From Macrostomum lignano (taxonomy: Eukaryota), in assembly GCA_002269645.1 (NCBI GenBank), contig NIVC01001696.1, positions 184,895 through 248,894 on the forward strand: 64,000 bases of DNA, written 5' to 3'. The notes under the pieces were generated by a model. It ran no database searches and was not told where the DNA came from. It saw nothing but the letters and a program-made list of their open reading frames with translations. The position numbers and the translations under genes were made by a program. Below, one piece after another: positions 40,277 to 53,261 of the stretch (positions are counted from its first letter, which is position 1; each line of letters begins with the position of its first letter).

Positions 40277-40414
40277 TAGTGTCTGTCTGTCTTAGTGTCT
40301 GTCTGTCTTATTGTCTGTCTGTCTGTCTGTCTGTCTTAGTGTCTGTCTGTCTTATTTGTCTGTCTGCCTGTCTGTCTGTCTTAGTGTCTGTCTGTCTTAT
40401 TGTCTGTCTGTCTT

Positions 40415-40461
<47 letters not shown>

Positions 40462-40539
40462 TAGTGTCTGTCTGTCTTATTTGTCTGTCTGCCTGTCTGT
40501 CTGTCTTAGTGTCTGTCTGTCTTATTGTCTGTCTGTCTT

Positions 40540-40602
<63 letters not shown>

Positions 40603-42612
40603 TAGTGTCTGTCTGTCTCTCTTAGTGTCTCTGTCAGTCCTGATTTAATCTAACAAAATTATACATTAATCATAATATTATGCGTGCTTTCAAACCTAAG
40701 CAAATAGTGGGCCTATTTGTGCATATAATTATACAATTAGAACAAAACACTTACTAATCAGTAGCTGAAATTTGAATAAGAAAATTATAACTCTTTTTCT
40801 GTTATGGTGCAGAAGTTCGACGTTAGTAATCAGCTATTATTAAATTCTGTTAGTAACTAACAAAATTATAGTTGTGCAAAAGAACACAAAAAATTCTTAA
40901 AACATTTGATTCATTTCTATGATAATGTAGTGAGCTGCTAGTTGAAGTGTTAGGCGTCACACTTTGTCAGCAGCCTCCCTTGCCCGCGCCTTCCGCGGGT
41001 TGCTGTCTGCCGCTGGTCAGCTTCCCGCCTCCCTTTGTCTGTCTGCTTGCCGCCCTCTCCCCTTTTGCTGTTCGTTTTCTGTGCTCCTGTTCTCAGCCCT
41101 CAGCTTCTCTGCTGTGGGCTGTCTCTTTCGTTCCCGTCCCGTTTTCCTCTGTCTTGTGAGCAAGTCACATGACAGATCTTGCGTTCTTGGAGTCGGGATT
41201 CCGGCTATGGTCCTGTTTACCGGGAGAATCACGTGCTTTCGGACCCCTCCCTTCTCTAAGGAGGAGTGACTCATGTTGCTAAAAATAGCAACTGAGTCAC
41301 AGCCGCGTGTACTCTGGCCGGAGACCTCAAGTGACGTCAGTTCTAAAAATAGAACGAGCCACGAGGTCTTTCGCGCACTAAGACCCTGCCCCGAGACCTC
41401 AAGTGACGTCAGTTCTAAAAATAGAACAAGTCACGAGGTCTTGTGCGCGGGAGAATCCCGGCTATAAATAGGACCCCTCTCCCCCTTGTTTCCGTCAAGG
41501 CGCTTCTAGTTTTCTGACTTAGGATCTGCTTCTCGAGTTCCAAGTTCCGAGCTTCCGAGCCCGAGTGTCTACTGACCACCCGTCTGCGTACATTGAGTTC
41601 TCTGCTATTGGTCTGTCTGAGACCCCACTAAAGCCCAACCTCAAGCCTACGAGAGGCTAACTCAGCCCTCCCTGTACCAACCAAGCCCGGCAGGTACTGC
41701 TGACGAGACGCCTTGTACGTTGAACTGCAAATCTGCACCCGGTGCTGAGTTCGTTGACTTCGTTATTTCGTTTCGACGGGAAGCTCACCTCACCTAAGGC
41801 CGAGACCTGAAGGAACTGGTGACAGCACTACCTACGCTACTAAGAGCTAATAGAAAGCTTCCTGTTGAGCAGACGGAGAGCCCAAATCACTGTGCGGGAC
41901 AACCCCGAGACAACCATAAGTACTTCAATAAATAAAATATATACTAAAAATGTGATGTGCTAAAATTTTGTCATCTTTGTGTCATATTTCACTCCTGTCA
42001 CCCCATTGTCACTCTTCGTGTCACCCTTCATATGTACTCCCCAGGCAACTATTTGTGTCATCTCCCAAATAGAAGAATCCGGATATCTCAATGTCACTCC
42101 CCATGTCACTCTTTATTCTATTCTCCATGTCATTCTCGATGTCACTCTGGGTGTCACTCTTTATGTCACTCTTAATTTCACTCTCCATGTCACTCTCTAT
42201 GTCCCTCTCCATGTCACTCTCCACGTCACTCTCCACGTCACTCTACATGACACTTCATGTTACCTTTACTGTCACTCTCCATGTCACTCTCCATGTCACT
42301 CCTTAGGTCACTCTCTACACCACTCTTCACGTCACTCTCCCCATCACTTTTCTTATCGCCTTTCATGCAACTCACCCTATCACTGTTCGAGTGACAACAA
42401 TCGTTTGCTTTTCCTTTATCACTCCCTTATTAACAATTTTAAAAGCACTAAAACTTCCAGATACATTTGCTACTCAAGCGCCCCTCGCTTACCTTGTCAG
42501 GTTCAACCGGTACACCAGCCCGGAGCAGCTCGCCAACCAGGCCCACCTGGCCCTGACCAGCCGCCATTCGTAGTCGATCCGCTCTGGACACATCGGAGAC
42601 GCTTGTCGCCAT
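34088..42612 (-). CDS. ANKRD6: ANKRD6/diversin/Diego-like ankyrin repeat protein, complement(join(34088..34428,35566..36028,37331..38407,39061..39273,42493..42612)), 737 aa
   Basis: Phases 0,0,0,1 all consistent; recalled ANKRD6-type repeats ([61 protein letters not shown]); RAGP..SCTC motif joined across exons 3 and 4; poly-Q region. Confidence 0.85.
34480..35550. repeat. 19-bp minisatellite (ATCTATCAACCAATCATCA) filling ANKRD6 intron 4
   Basis: 19-bp periodicity. Confidence 0.97.
36106..36871. mobile_element. Foldback MITE with ~270-bp inverted arms and TA target duplication, ANKRD6 intron 3
   Basis: About 36106-36385 is the reverse complement of about 36605-36871; TA|ACAAGAGGG ... CCCTCTTGG|TA. 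Confidence 0.8.
36918..37210. repeat. 13-bp minisatellite (CTCAGGTGTCTGT) in ANKRD6 intron 3
   Basis: 13-bp periodicity. Confidence 0.95.
38418..39050. repeat. 35-bp minisatellite, about 18 copies, forming almost all of ANKRD6 intron 2
   Basis: Unit GGCATTTTACCCTGTTATGACTGTGCTGAATGACC; intron spans 38408-39060. Confidence 0.97.
39965..40632. repeat. (CTGT)n compound microsatellite in ANKRD6 intron 1
   Basis: Direct reading, with CTTAGT/CTTATT interruptions. Confidence 0.95.
40948..41916 (+). mobile_element. Probable solo LTR (~970 bp), antisense to ANKRD6
   Basis: Sharp GC-rich block in AT-rich context; TG...CA ends; flanks GAAG/TAAG (3/4); 72-bp-spaced direct repeats each with TGACGTCA; TATAAATA at 41463; no internal ORF. 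Confidence 0.55.
41975..42350. repeat. Diverged 12-bp repeat (GTCACTCTCCAT)
   Basis: Recurrent GTCACTC at about 12-bp spacing. Confidence 0.8.
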
Positions 42613-42894
42613 GGCAACTGGGTCACGTGACAATCAGTGCGTACAGCAAGCTGTTGTTGCTGTTTAGTTAATTAACATGACAGAAATGTTGGAAATGGCC
42701 TCAAATCGATTCATTATCTAAATCGATGAGGATTTTTTTTACACTTGTGCTGAGCCGAAGTTGAAGACAATTGTTTTGCTGAAAATATCAATAAGATAAA
42801 TTATTTATTGTAAGTACACAGCAAAGTCGCAAAATATATTAATACTAATTGTCTTCCTTAAAGATTAGTGAAATAACTTGCGAACCTGAAATAG

Positions 42895-42898
42895 ACAT

Positions 42899-42929
<31 letters not shown>

Positions 42930-42930
42930 T

Positions 42931-42981
<51 letters not shown>

Positions 42982-43012
42982 GGCAGACAGACAGGCAGAC
43001 AGACAGGCAGGC

Positions 43013-43065
<53 letters not shown>

Positions 43066-43082
43066 CACAGACAGACAGACAC

Positions 43083-43153
<71 letters not shown>

Positions 43154-43154
43154 C

Positions 43155-43213
<59 letters not shown>

Positions 43214-43232
43214 GGCAGACAGACAGGCAGGC

Positions 43233-43285
<53 letters not shown>

Positions 43286-43286
43286 C

Positions 43287-43381
<95 letters not shown>

Positions 43382-43382
43382 C

Positions 43383-43419
<37 letters not shown>

Positions 43420-43420
43420 T
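42895..43420. repeat. (GACA)n microsatellite
   Basis: Direct reading. Confidence 0.98.
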
Positions 43421-44065
43421 AAATAGGGAAAATAAGTGTGTCATAAGGAAAAGTCAAAACAACAGTAACAGGAGTATGAATGCAATAAGTTTGGTTTTAC
43501 TTTGCACTGAAACGAATTACATATTATAAATGTTTAATTTTACTTGAAATCAAAAAAATAATAACCGGGTACAGTAGTAGTAGTGAAGTATTCCGGGTGA
43601 AATTTTAATAACAAGCATTTTTTCTACATTAAAACAAATTGTAATATTAACCTACGCATAATTATAACCTGGCTGCCAATGCAAGAGAATAGTTAGAGTA
43701 GTCGTAAAAATTTCTATGCAGACAGGCAGAGGGATAGGCACTGGCCACCAGTGGCTAGCCGCTTTTTTATACATACGGACTGCTCTATCTAAACACAATG
43801 GGTGTAATAAGATAAAGAAAATGTGTGGAAAAAAGCTCCATATAGAATGTGCTTTTTGATAGTTAATAATATTTTTATAGACGTTTTGGCCCTACAATTA
43901 GGTACTGGTGATACACTGGTTAGGGTGAATAACACACTAGCACTGTCTACAATACTAATGCATAGCTGCTGGAGTGTTTATATGTATCTTTTTTCTGAAA
44001 CTAGAAAACCGATGGATATTTATAGCATACAGTGCCAACTGCTTGCGTTCGATTGGTATGTAGGT

Positions 44066-45020
44066 ATGTAGGTAGGTAGGTAGGTAGGTAGGTAGGTAGG
44101 TAGGTAGGTAGGTAGGTAGGTAGGTAGGTAGGTAGGTAGGTAGGTAGGTAGGTAGGTAGGTAGGTAAGTAGGTAGGTAGGTAGGTAGGTAACTAGACAGG
44201 TAGGTAGGTAGGTAACTAGGCAGGTAGGTAGGTAGGTAACTAGGCAGGTAGGTAGGTAGGTAGGTATAGATAACTAGGCAGGTAGGTAGGTAGGTAGGTA
44301 ACTAGGCAGGTAGGTAGGTAGGTAGGTAAGTAGGTAGGTAGGTAGGTAGGTAACTAGGCAGGTAGGTAGGTAGGTAGGTAAGTAGGTAGGTAGGTAGGTA
44401 GGTAACTAGACAGGTAGGTAGGTAGGTAACTAGGCAGGTAGGTAGGTAGGTAACTAGGCAGGTAGGTAGGTAGGTAGGTATAGATAACTAGGCAGGTAGG
44501 TAGGTAGGTAGGTAACTAGGCAGGTAGGTAGGTAGGTAGGTAACTAGACAGGTAGGTAGGTAGGTAACTAGGCAGGTAGGTAGGTAGGTAACTAGGTAGG
44601 TAGGTAGGTAGGTAGGTATAGATAACTAGGCAGGTAGGTAGGTAGGTAACTAGGCAGGTAGGTAGGTAGGTAGGTAGGTAGGTAGGTAGGTAGGTAGGTA
44701 ACTAGGCAGGTAGGTAACTAGGCAGGTAGGTAACTAGGCAGGTAGGTAAGTAGGTAGATAGGTAGATAGGTAGGTATGGTAGGTAACTAGGCAGGTAGGT
44801 AAGTAGGTAGATAGGTAGATAGGTAGGTACGACTATAGTAGGTAACTAGCTAGGTAGGTAGGTAGGCAAGTAGATAGATCGGCATGTAGGTAGATAGATG
44901 GTAGATAGATAAGGTAGTTAATGTTGTAGGTAGGTGGTAGGTAGGTAGGTAGGCAAGTAGATAGATCGGCACGTAGGTAGATGGTAGATAGATAAGGTGG
45001 TTAAGGTTGTAGGTAGGTAT
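44066..45020. repeat. (TAGG)n microsatellite grading into compound TAACTAGGCAGG(TAGG)n units
   Basis: Direct reading. Confidence 0.97.
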
Positions 45021-45320
45021 GTAAGAGCAGGGACACAAAAACAAGAGAAGGCCGGAAAGAGTGAGAAAAAGTTTTAATCGCTAATCTGGCCAAATCTTTA
45101 CTAAGGCTTAATATTCATTCACTGCCTGAAAATGTTGACAGTTTAAAATGTAACGATGATAGCTTACAGCACAAACAGGTAAACAAAGCAACGCAGCCTA
45201 CCAAAGTTAGGCTGCTATTGCAGTGAAAATGCAGAAATACTTAAAAATACAAATGACAACGGTATGGGGGAGAGGGCAATTAACTTTTAACAGGCAACTA
45301 GCAAAATAACCAACTCGTAT

Positions 45321-45775
45321 TTAACCTACAGTTATCACGTGACCTAACTTAACCTACAGTTATCACGTGACCTAACTTAACCTACAGTTATCACGTGATC
45401 TAATTTAACCTACAGTTATCACGTGACCTAACTTAACCTACAGTTATCACGTGTCCTAACTTAACCTACAGTTATCACGTGACCTAACTTAACCTACAGT
45501 TATCACGTGACCTAACTTAACCTACAGTTATCACGTGTCCTAACTTAACCTACAGTTATCACGTGACCTAACTTAACCTACAGTTATCACGTGTCCTAAC
45601 TTAACCTACAGTTATCACGTGTCCTAACTTAACCTACAGTTATCACGTGACCTAACTTAACCTACAGTTATCACGTGTCCTAACTTAACCTACAGTTATC
45701 ACGTGACCTAACTTAACCTACAGTTATCACGTGACCTAACTTAACCTACAGTTATCATTTGATCTAATTTGACCT
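45321..45775. repeat. 28-bp minisatellite (TTAACCTACAGTTATCACGTGACCTAAC), about 16 copies, each with a CACGTG E-box
   Basis: 28-bp periodicity. Confidence 0.97.
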
Positions 45776-45888
45776 CAAGCTAGCACAGTTGTAGCATAAC
45801 ATAATTTAATTAAACGCACCTCTCCTAGGACTCAATTCGACCTAAATATTTCCAGTGACCTCAGTTGACCTCTGCAACCCTAAGTAAA

Positions 45889-46660
45889 TCAATCGGAAAG
45901 CGACGAAGATGACGAATCGTCAGAGGCCGACAAAACCGCCCCACCAGCATCGGCAGCGGCTTTCGTTGCGCCGCTTCCGCTTGCCTCGGCAGGCGCCGAA
46001 TCGCCGCCTGCTTCTTCTTCATCATCTTGCTGTTGCTCGTCTTCATCGTCAGAGAGGACTTTCTTTGCCCGCTTCGGCTGCTGCGGCCCGACGTCGTCCT
46101 CGTCGTCGGACGCGTCGACCTTCTTGCCTGACTTTTTCTTCCGCTTCCCCTCGTCGGCATCGTCGTTGTCCTCGGAGCTGGAGCTGACCGACGATGAGGA
46201 CGTCGACGAGTAGATCGCGCCGCGTTGCTGGCTCGACCGCTTCTTCTGCTGCTGCTGCTGCCGACTGCCCTTGCCGCCGGAGCTCTGCCGGCGGTAATTC
46301 CGCTTGATGGCCGACAAAGACGCGCCGCCTTCTTCGTCTTCGTCCTCGTCGTCTCCGCCGACGCCGGATTCTAAGAAACTGCGACTTAGACGGCCGCCGC
46401 TGCTGGCGCCGCTGCCGCGCTCCCGACGCCGACGCTGGATATTCTCTCGTCGGATGCGAGCTCGGGTCATCTCCTCCTCGCGACGGAGGGCCTCCTGGCG
46501 GACACGCTCGGGGTCAGCCGAGAGGATGGGCAGCACCTGCAGGAAGACGGTTCAAAGAACAGGGAGTCAATGAGAATCATTTAGACATTCAGACAGACGG
46601 ACAGACAGACGGACAGACAGACAGACGGACAGACAGACAGACAGACAGAAACAGACAGTC

Positions 46661-46696
<36 letters not shown>

Positions 46697-46716
46697 GGAC
46701 AGAGAGACAGACAGAC

Positions 46717-46764
<48 letters not shown>

Positions 46765-46845
46765 GTCAGACAGACAGACAGACAGACAATAAGACAGAAG
46801 GACAGACAGACAGACAGACAGACAGACACACAGAAAGACAGACAG

Positions 46846-46908
<63 letters not shown>

Positions 46909-47078
46909 CAGACAGACAGACAGAAAGACAGACAGACAGACAGACAGACGGACGGACAGACAGACAGACAGTCAAGACAGACAGACAGACAGACAGTCAG
47001 ACAGACAGACAGACAGAAAGACAGACAGACAGACAGACAATAAGACAGAAAGACAGACAGACAGACAGACAGACACTA

Positions 47079-47134
<56 letters not shown>

Positions 47135-47187
47135 GGACGGACAGACAGACAGTCAAGACAGACAGACAGACAGACAATAAGACAGAA

Positions 47188-47220
<33 letters not shown>

Positions 47221-47443
47221 CACACACAGACAGACAGACAGACAGACAGACACACAGACAGACAGACAGAAAGACAGACAGACAGAAAGACAGACAGACA
47301 GACAGACAGACAGACAATAAGACAGAAAGACAGACAGACGGACAGACAGACAGAAAGACAGACAGACAGAAAGACAGACAGACACTAAGACAGACAGACA
47401 GACAATAAGACAGAAAGACAGACAGACAGACACTAAGACACTA

Positions 47444-47484
<41 letters not shown>

Positions 47485-47485
47485 C

Positions 47486-47543
<58 letters not shown>

Positions 47544-49171
47544 CGAAAGACAGGCAGTCAGACAGACAGACAGACAGACAGACAGAACAATCAATTCGCG
47601 CTTACCTTTACGGTGTGCTGCTTGCTGCTCTTATCTGCCAGAGACCTGGTAATTTTCTTATGCGTGGCGGAGGCGGTGCTGTGTGGGCGGAAGACCAGTT
47701 TCCGGCGGAACACCGCCTGGCCCTGCAGGCCGGAGCCCTGCCTGATAAACAGGTGATTGAAATCGGCGGTCGTGTCCATTGAATGAACGTCGAAAATCTC
47801 GGCGCCCAAATGCAGCGACAGGCTGCCGTCGGACCAGCGCACCATCTTGGCGTTGCTCTCGCGAAGCGGCTGGCCGGCCTCGTCCGTCAGCTCGCGACCG
47901 TCAGCGTCCTTGGCAACGCGCCAGCTGAAGTTTATAAACATAACGCAGCAAGATTATTACAGTAAGTCCGATAGGTATTGTAAAACATTTTTAACTAGAG
48001 AAAGTTTAATGCTAATAAAAATTTAACTTCATTCGATTTTTAAACTAGTGTATTTTATACCTACTGTAAATAATATTATTATGGATCTATAAGGCTGGCC
48101 CAGCAACGAGGGATCTGGGAGGCTGGTGTCCCAGCAACTGAGGATCTGGAAGGCTGTGGCCCAGCAACTGAGGATCTGGGAGGCTGGTGTCCCAGCAACT
48201 GAGGATCTGGGAGGCTGGTGTCCCAGCAACTGAGGATCTGGAAGGCTGGTGGACCAGCAACTGAGAATCTGGGAAGGTGTTGGCCCAGCAACTGAGAATC
48301 TGGGAAGGTGTTGGCCCAGCAACTGAGGATCTGGAAGGCTGGCCCAGCAAGTGGGGATCCGAGAGGCTGGCTCAGCAACTAAGGATCTGGAAATCTCAGC
48401 AGCTCACCGAATAGTATTCTCCACTCGCAGGCGCAACCGATGTCGGCCCTCTTCGTCCACCACGTCCTCCTCGTCCAGGGCATCCTCGTAGGTGGCGGGG
48501 TCGAAAGGTCTGGTGTCCACGGTGAGGAAATTGGGCATCTTCACAAAGTAGATCTCCTTGCCCAGATCTGCCCGGATTAGCGGAAAATCTACGTTAATCC
48601 GCGACTCCACAGGTTGGGCGTCTTCTTCTTCCCCTTCCTCTTCTTCATCACGATCTCCAGCTTCCTGATTCCTGGCTTCAGTGTCATTCTCTTCTTGGAA
48701 AGCTGGCACAGATGATGAGGCCTGTTTCTTTTCGGCTTCATCGTTAGAAGCCGTGGAACTAGAAGAACTAGAAGAGACCATTCTAGTTCTAGAAGCAGCA
48801 ACGCCGGACATTCCAGCTTCCTTGTTGCTGGGCAGATTACTATCATCATCATCATTGTTTTGAGCAGCCTCAGCCTCATCAGCAGATTCTTCGCTACTCA
48901 AATCGTCCCCAAATATTGTCTGATGCAGATTGTCGCCAGCTGGCTTGTCCTCTGGCTGATCGTCTTTTTCATTGTCATTGCTGCTTTTGCTGCTTTTGCT
49001 ATCATTGCTGTCGCTGGAACTGTCGGCAAGCAGAGGCTGCGGAGGCGGCAGTGGCGGTGGCTGTTGCTGCTGCTGCTCAGGCTGCTCAGATGGGACAGGG
49101 TCAGCAATGATTGGGCCTTCGCTGTCATTGGAGCTGCTACTGCTGTCACTGCTGCTGTCATTGTTGGACAT
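45889..49171 (-). CDS. LEO1: PAF1 complex subunit LEO1, complement(join(45889..46536,47606..47924,48408..49171)), 576 aa
   Basis: Acidic Ser-rich N-terminus; [25 protein letters not shown]|WR (phase 2), [31 protein letters not shown] motifs; phases consistent. Confidence 0.95.
46590..47585. repeat. (GACA)n compound microsatellite filling LEO1 intron 2
   Basis: Direct reading. Confidence 0.98.
48095..48400. repeat. Diverged 30-32-bp minisatellite (CCCAGCAACTGAGGATCTGG...) in LEO1 intron 1
   Basis: About 9-10 copies, beginning next to the donor. Confidence 0.9.
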
Positions 49172-52100
49172 TGTTTGCACTTTTAATTGATTGCAATTAG
49201 TGTTATCAAGTCAGAAAATTGAATTATTTAATTTATAATTTAAACTTATAGAATATTTAGGTTTAAAATTTAAGCAAAACTTTTTTTGTCCTGTCTGATG
49301 TTAGCTTGGTAATAACAATAATTCATATAAAGCAACAGATGAATTATTTTGAAAATTATACAGTAGGTCCCAGAAGCAGACTTATACATTATAAAATAAT
49401 TGTAGTAATTTTTATTCTATACTTTGTAAAAAAATAACATATTATAGTAAGATTTTGTTGAATTAAGTCAATTTATCAAGTCTACACTTCTATTTGCATA
49501 TTGAGTAATTATTCAATTTGTTGCAACTTAGGAATTTATGTTTATTTATAAATCTTAAGACTTGTATAGAAAAAAAACAAAATTTTGGTACTTTTTATAT
49601 AGCAACTTAAAAAGCATATTTGTTAATCTCAATGTGATATAAATTAGGTATTGAACTCTACTTATGAAATAAAAATTGGAGTTAGAAAATCATACATAAA
49701 CCTAGGAGATCACTAACAAGCCTAGGAAATGACAAATAAACCTAGAAGATTACTAATAAACTGAAGAGACCATTAATAAACTTGAAAGATCACTAATAAA
49801 CTGGGAAGATCACTAATAAACCTAGGAAATCAATTATAAACATAGAAGACATCTGTTAATAAATATTTGATATCTAATTTATTTCTTAACGTAGGCCTAC
49901 ATATTAACAAAATAGAGAAACTTTATACTTATATCTTTGTTTTGTTATAAAAAGCAATAAAAAATATTATTACAAGTATATAATTTTTGCTGATTGTTAG
50001 TTACTGTCATTAAATTATTAAACTAAGCAAAGATATATAATATATCTAATGAATTTACGAGTGGGCTTTGCCAACTTAGAATACATTGGCATAGTTTTTA
50101 GATAAAAAATTTAACAATATGGGGATATATTGGTATAACTATAATGGTGATGAATTGTTTATTGTTTGACTAAGGCCTATTAAGCAAAGATAGGCCTAAT
50201 ACCAAAAACCTATCTAATAGACTTTCAAGGGCACCAATAACTAATATTAATGTTAAAATTAATATACTAACTAATGCTAAAATAGTATTATTTATTAAAA
50301 ATCTTAGGTTCCTAGTCATTTTGTCATCTGCTATTTTACTATCTAGGATGTCTATTTTAGTTCCAGTTACTTTATTATTTTAATAAGCATATACTAACTA
50401 GTCTAAAAGGATAATGAAATGTCCAAATTTTTGGCTTAGTTTTATATACATTAATATATATATATTGGTAGTGAATCCCGTGAGCTATATACAAGGTGGG
50501 AAAAATTATAAAAATTATAAAAATATAAAAAGGTATCAACTTTAAAACTGAATAAAATAAAAACTATAAACAGTATAAAGAAGCCACAATATAAACTAAA
50601 AAGTTGGTGAATGCTACTTTCTGGTAAGTGTCTAATTGTTTAAATTGTGCAAGTATAAAAAAGTTACACTTGGTCAAACTTAATACATTTTGTACTTAAT
50701 TTATAAAATGAAGCCAAAAAACAGGAAAAATATATACTTCAGTTCTAGAAAATTGAAAATCATTGCAAAATTAAAGGAATATAACATAAGGTAGTAAACA
50801 CAATAGAATATAAACATATTTGACTACAAAAAACTGAAAAAAAATCACTTAAAGTGCACCAAGGTGCACAAAGGACCCTTGCCTTAAATAAAAAATGGTT
50901 CCTTAATGGAAGAAAATTTTTTCATATACCCCTATAAGAGGCCAGCAAAATTTTGTTTTTGAGCTTTTGTCTTTTGAAAAACCATTGATATAACTTTTGA
51001 ATGATACTTTCTATTATACTAGTCACATAGTTTCCAATGTAGAAAACTGCTTGTTCATATGTATTCCCACATTTACACAATATTAATGCAAAGTTGGAGC
51101 CAAAATACACATAAACTGTCATTTAAAATAGAAAATGACATGCAATTTTTACAAGTTTGCATCAATGGTGTTTTTTTCTTCTGTTTTATCATCTAAACTG
51201 GCATACAAACAAGATGAAACAATTATTTCATTGCCAGCTCTTCCTGCAACTCTAGTAATAGCACCAATGTTTTGGGTAAACGGCAGGAGTAACTATCAAC
51301 ACTGTTTTATAGGAAAGTGACTCGTCATCTTATTAGTCAAGTTGATTTAATTTTACTATCAAGTTTCATTGCATTGGACATTATATGTGCATATAAGCAT
51401 GCATATACATAAATACACTGGTTGTAAACTTACTTTTTGATCAAAAAAGCAACTTAACTATAAAAGAAGCATAGGCAAAGCTAATGTAATGTTTGGGTAA
51501 ATGGCAGGAGTAACTAGCTGCATTATAAGGGCTAAATGCCTCGACAGCTAATTAGTACTACTTTTAAAATGTTTTGAATGTGCATTTTTGTAGCTTACCT
51601 TGGCTGGGCCCCTTGCCAACCAGCTGAATTGGCTTGGTATTACATTTGGATGATCTATATAAGGACAAAAGTGGCTTAATTATGGTGTAATGATTAAAAT
51701 TCCATATATGGCATATTATTAGTTTGAGAATAAAAGAAAAACTATTAGTGGTATTTTGCAAAGCATTAATGCAAAATAATCTACAAGAAAAATGCTAAAA
51801 AATAACATATAAGGAATGAAAATCCATTGAATATTTCAAAAGTTATGTCATCTATAACTCAGAAAATCAGACCTTTTGAGCAAAAATGATCACAGTGCCT
51901 TATAGGAAAATTGCATTACAGAAGTGTCAAAAAATGACACTAAAAGTGCTATAACTTTTTTATTACTTGACAAAAATTCAAAAGTAAGGTGTCATTTTAC
52001 TCATACAACAAATTTCTATTATATGGTATCAAAAAGGAGGACAAATTAAAAAAATCAAAATCTTACTGGACTCCCTAATATTATATTTATAGGCCTAGTA

Positions 52101-53261
52101 TTTTTATATAGTTTAATATAGTTTTATGTCTTTTTTTGAAATTAGGTCTTAGGACTTCTTGTATATAATATTAATAAAAATTAACAATACAACTTTCAAA
52201 GGAATAATGTTCAATGTTGTTCTTGGCCTAGGCCTATCCGGGATAGCCCTGCAACTAAGAGCTAAGTAAGTAAGTGGCCTAGCCCTATGTCTTAAGGACA
52301 TAATTCAAATTAATTTAATAATTTAATTTAATTTCTTCAATTTAAATGCATTCTATCATTATCAATAATAATAGCATTATACTCATATTGTCATTATATT
52401 CTGACATGCTAAACAAATGGCGAAATGCCTATGCCACTGTATAAACTTTAAGTTTCTGTTTTAAAGGTGTATTATTAGGCTTCTCCTAGACCTAGCCTAG
52501 GCCTAGCATGTCTAGCAATAATGGAAATAGAATGAATGAAATCAATACCAATGAAAAATCTAACCAAGGACAAAGGAAGGTTCTATGCTTCTATTTTTTG
52601 TGCAAGTGCAATAGGTGTAGCCTGTAGGAATGAGCAGGCCCCTTAGTAGGCCTATAGTCTAGATAGGCCTAGCATCATGATTTTGATAAAACATACCCTC
52701 AAATTAGACTAAGACCCTGAATGCGATTTTGCATCCTAGCGTCAGCGAAAAACACCCGGCTAGTTTTTTTAGGTTTTTTATGCAATAGGGCTGCTAATAT
52801 AATAGGCCTACCATGTCGTTCCTAATCGCATCCTAGAAATTCTGAAATAGAACCTGGTACTAGGCTAATTCAGCAAATCATAGCTGTTGTTCCTAGAGCG
52901 TAGTTTTATTAGATTAAACTTCAGAAAACCCCATTTTGCATTCATGTCCTGCTACTCATTAAGAGCTACTAATTCACATATTGAGCAAGATCGCCAAATA
53001 TTCAAAATTAAATGATCGGTAAGCCGTCTTGGGCTGAAGGGCTGGCTGAAGCAGCTGGCTTCTAAGAAAGGGCAAAAATTTTCCGAGGTTACGCTTACTA
53101 TATAAAAACTATAACTAAAAATAGCAATTTTACTAAAATTCTAAAACTATATACACTATAAACAAATTAAAAATAAAAAAATAAAAAAGTACACTAATAT
53201 TTTTTAGCACAAGCAGCAGAATAGAAACACTAGCTATCTTTGACTTGTAACATCTAACATG

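Noticed and set aside
39965-47585. Strand rule for GACA/CTGT arrays relative to transcription
   Set aside because: Both orientations occur within the same - strand gene cluster.
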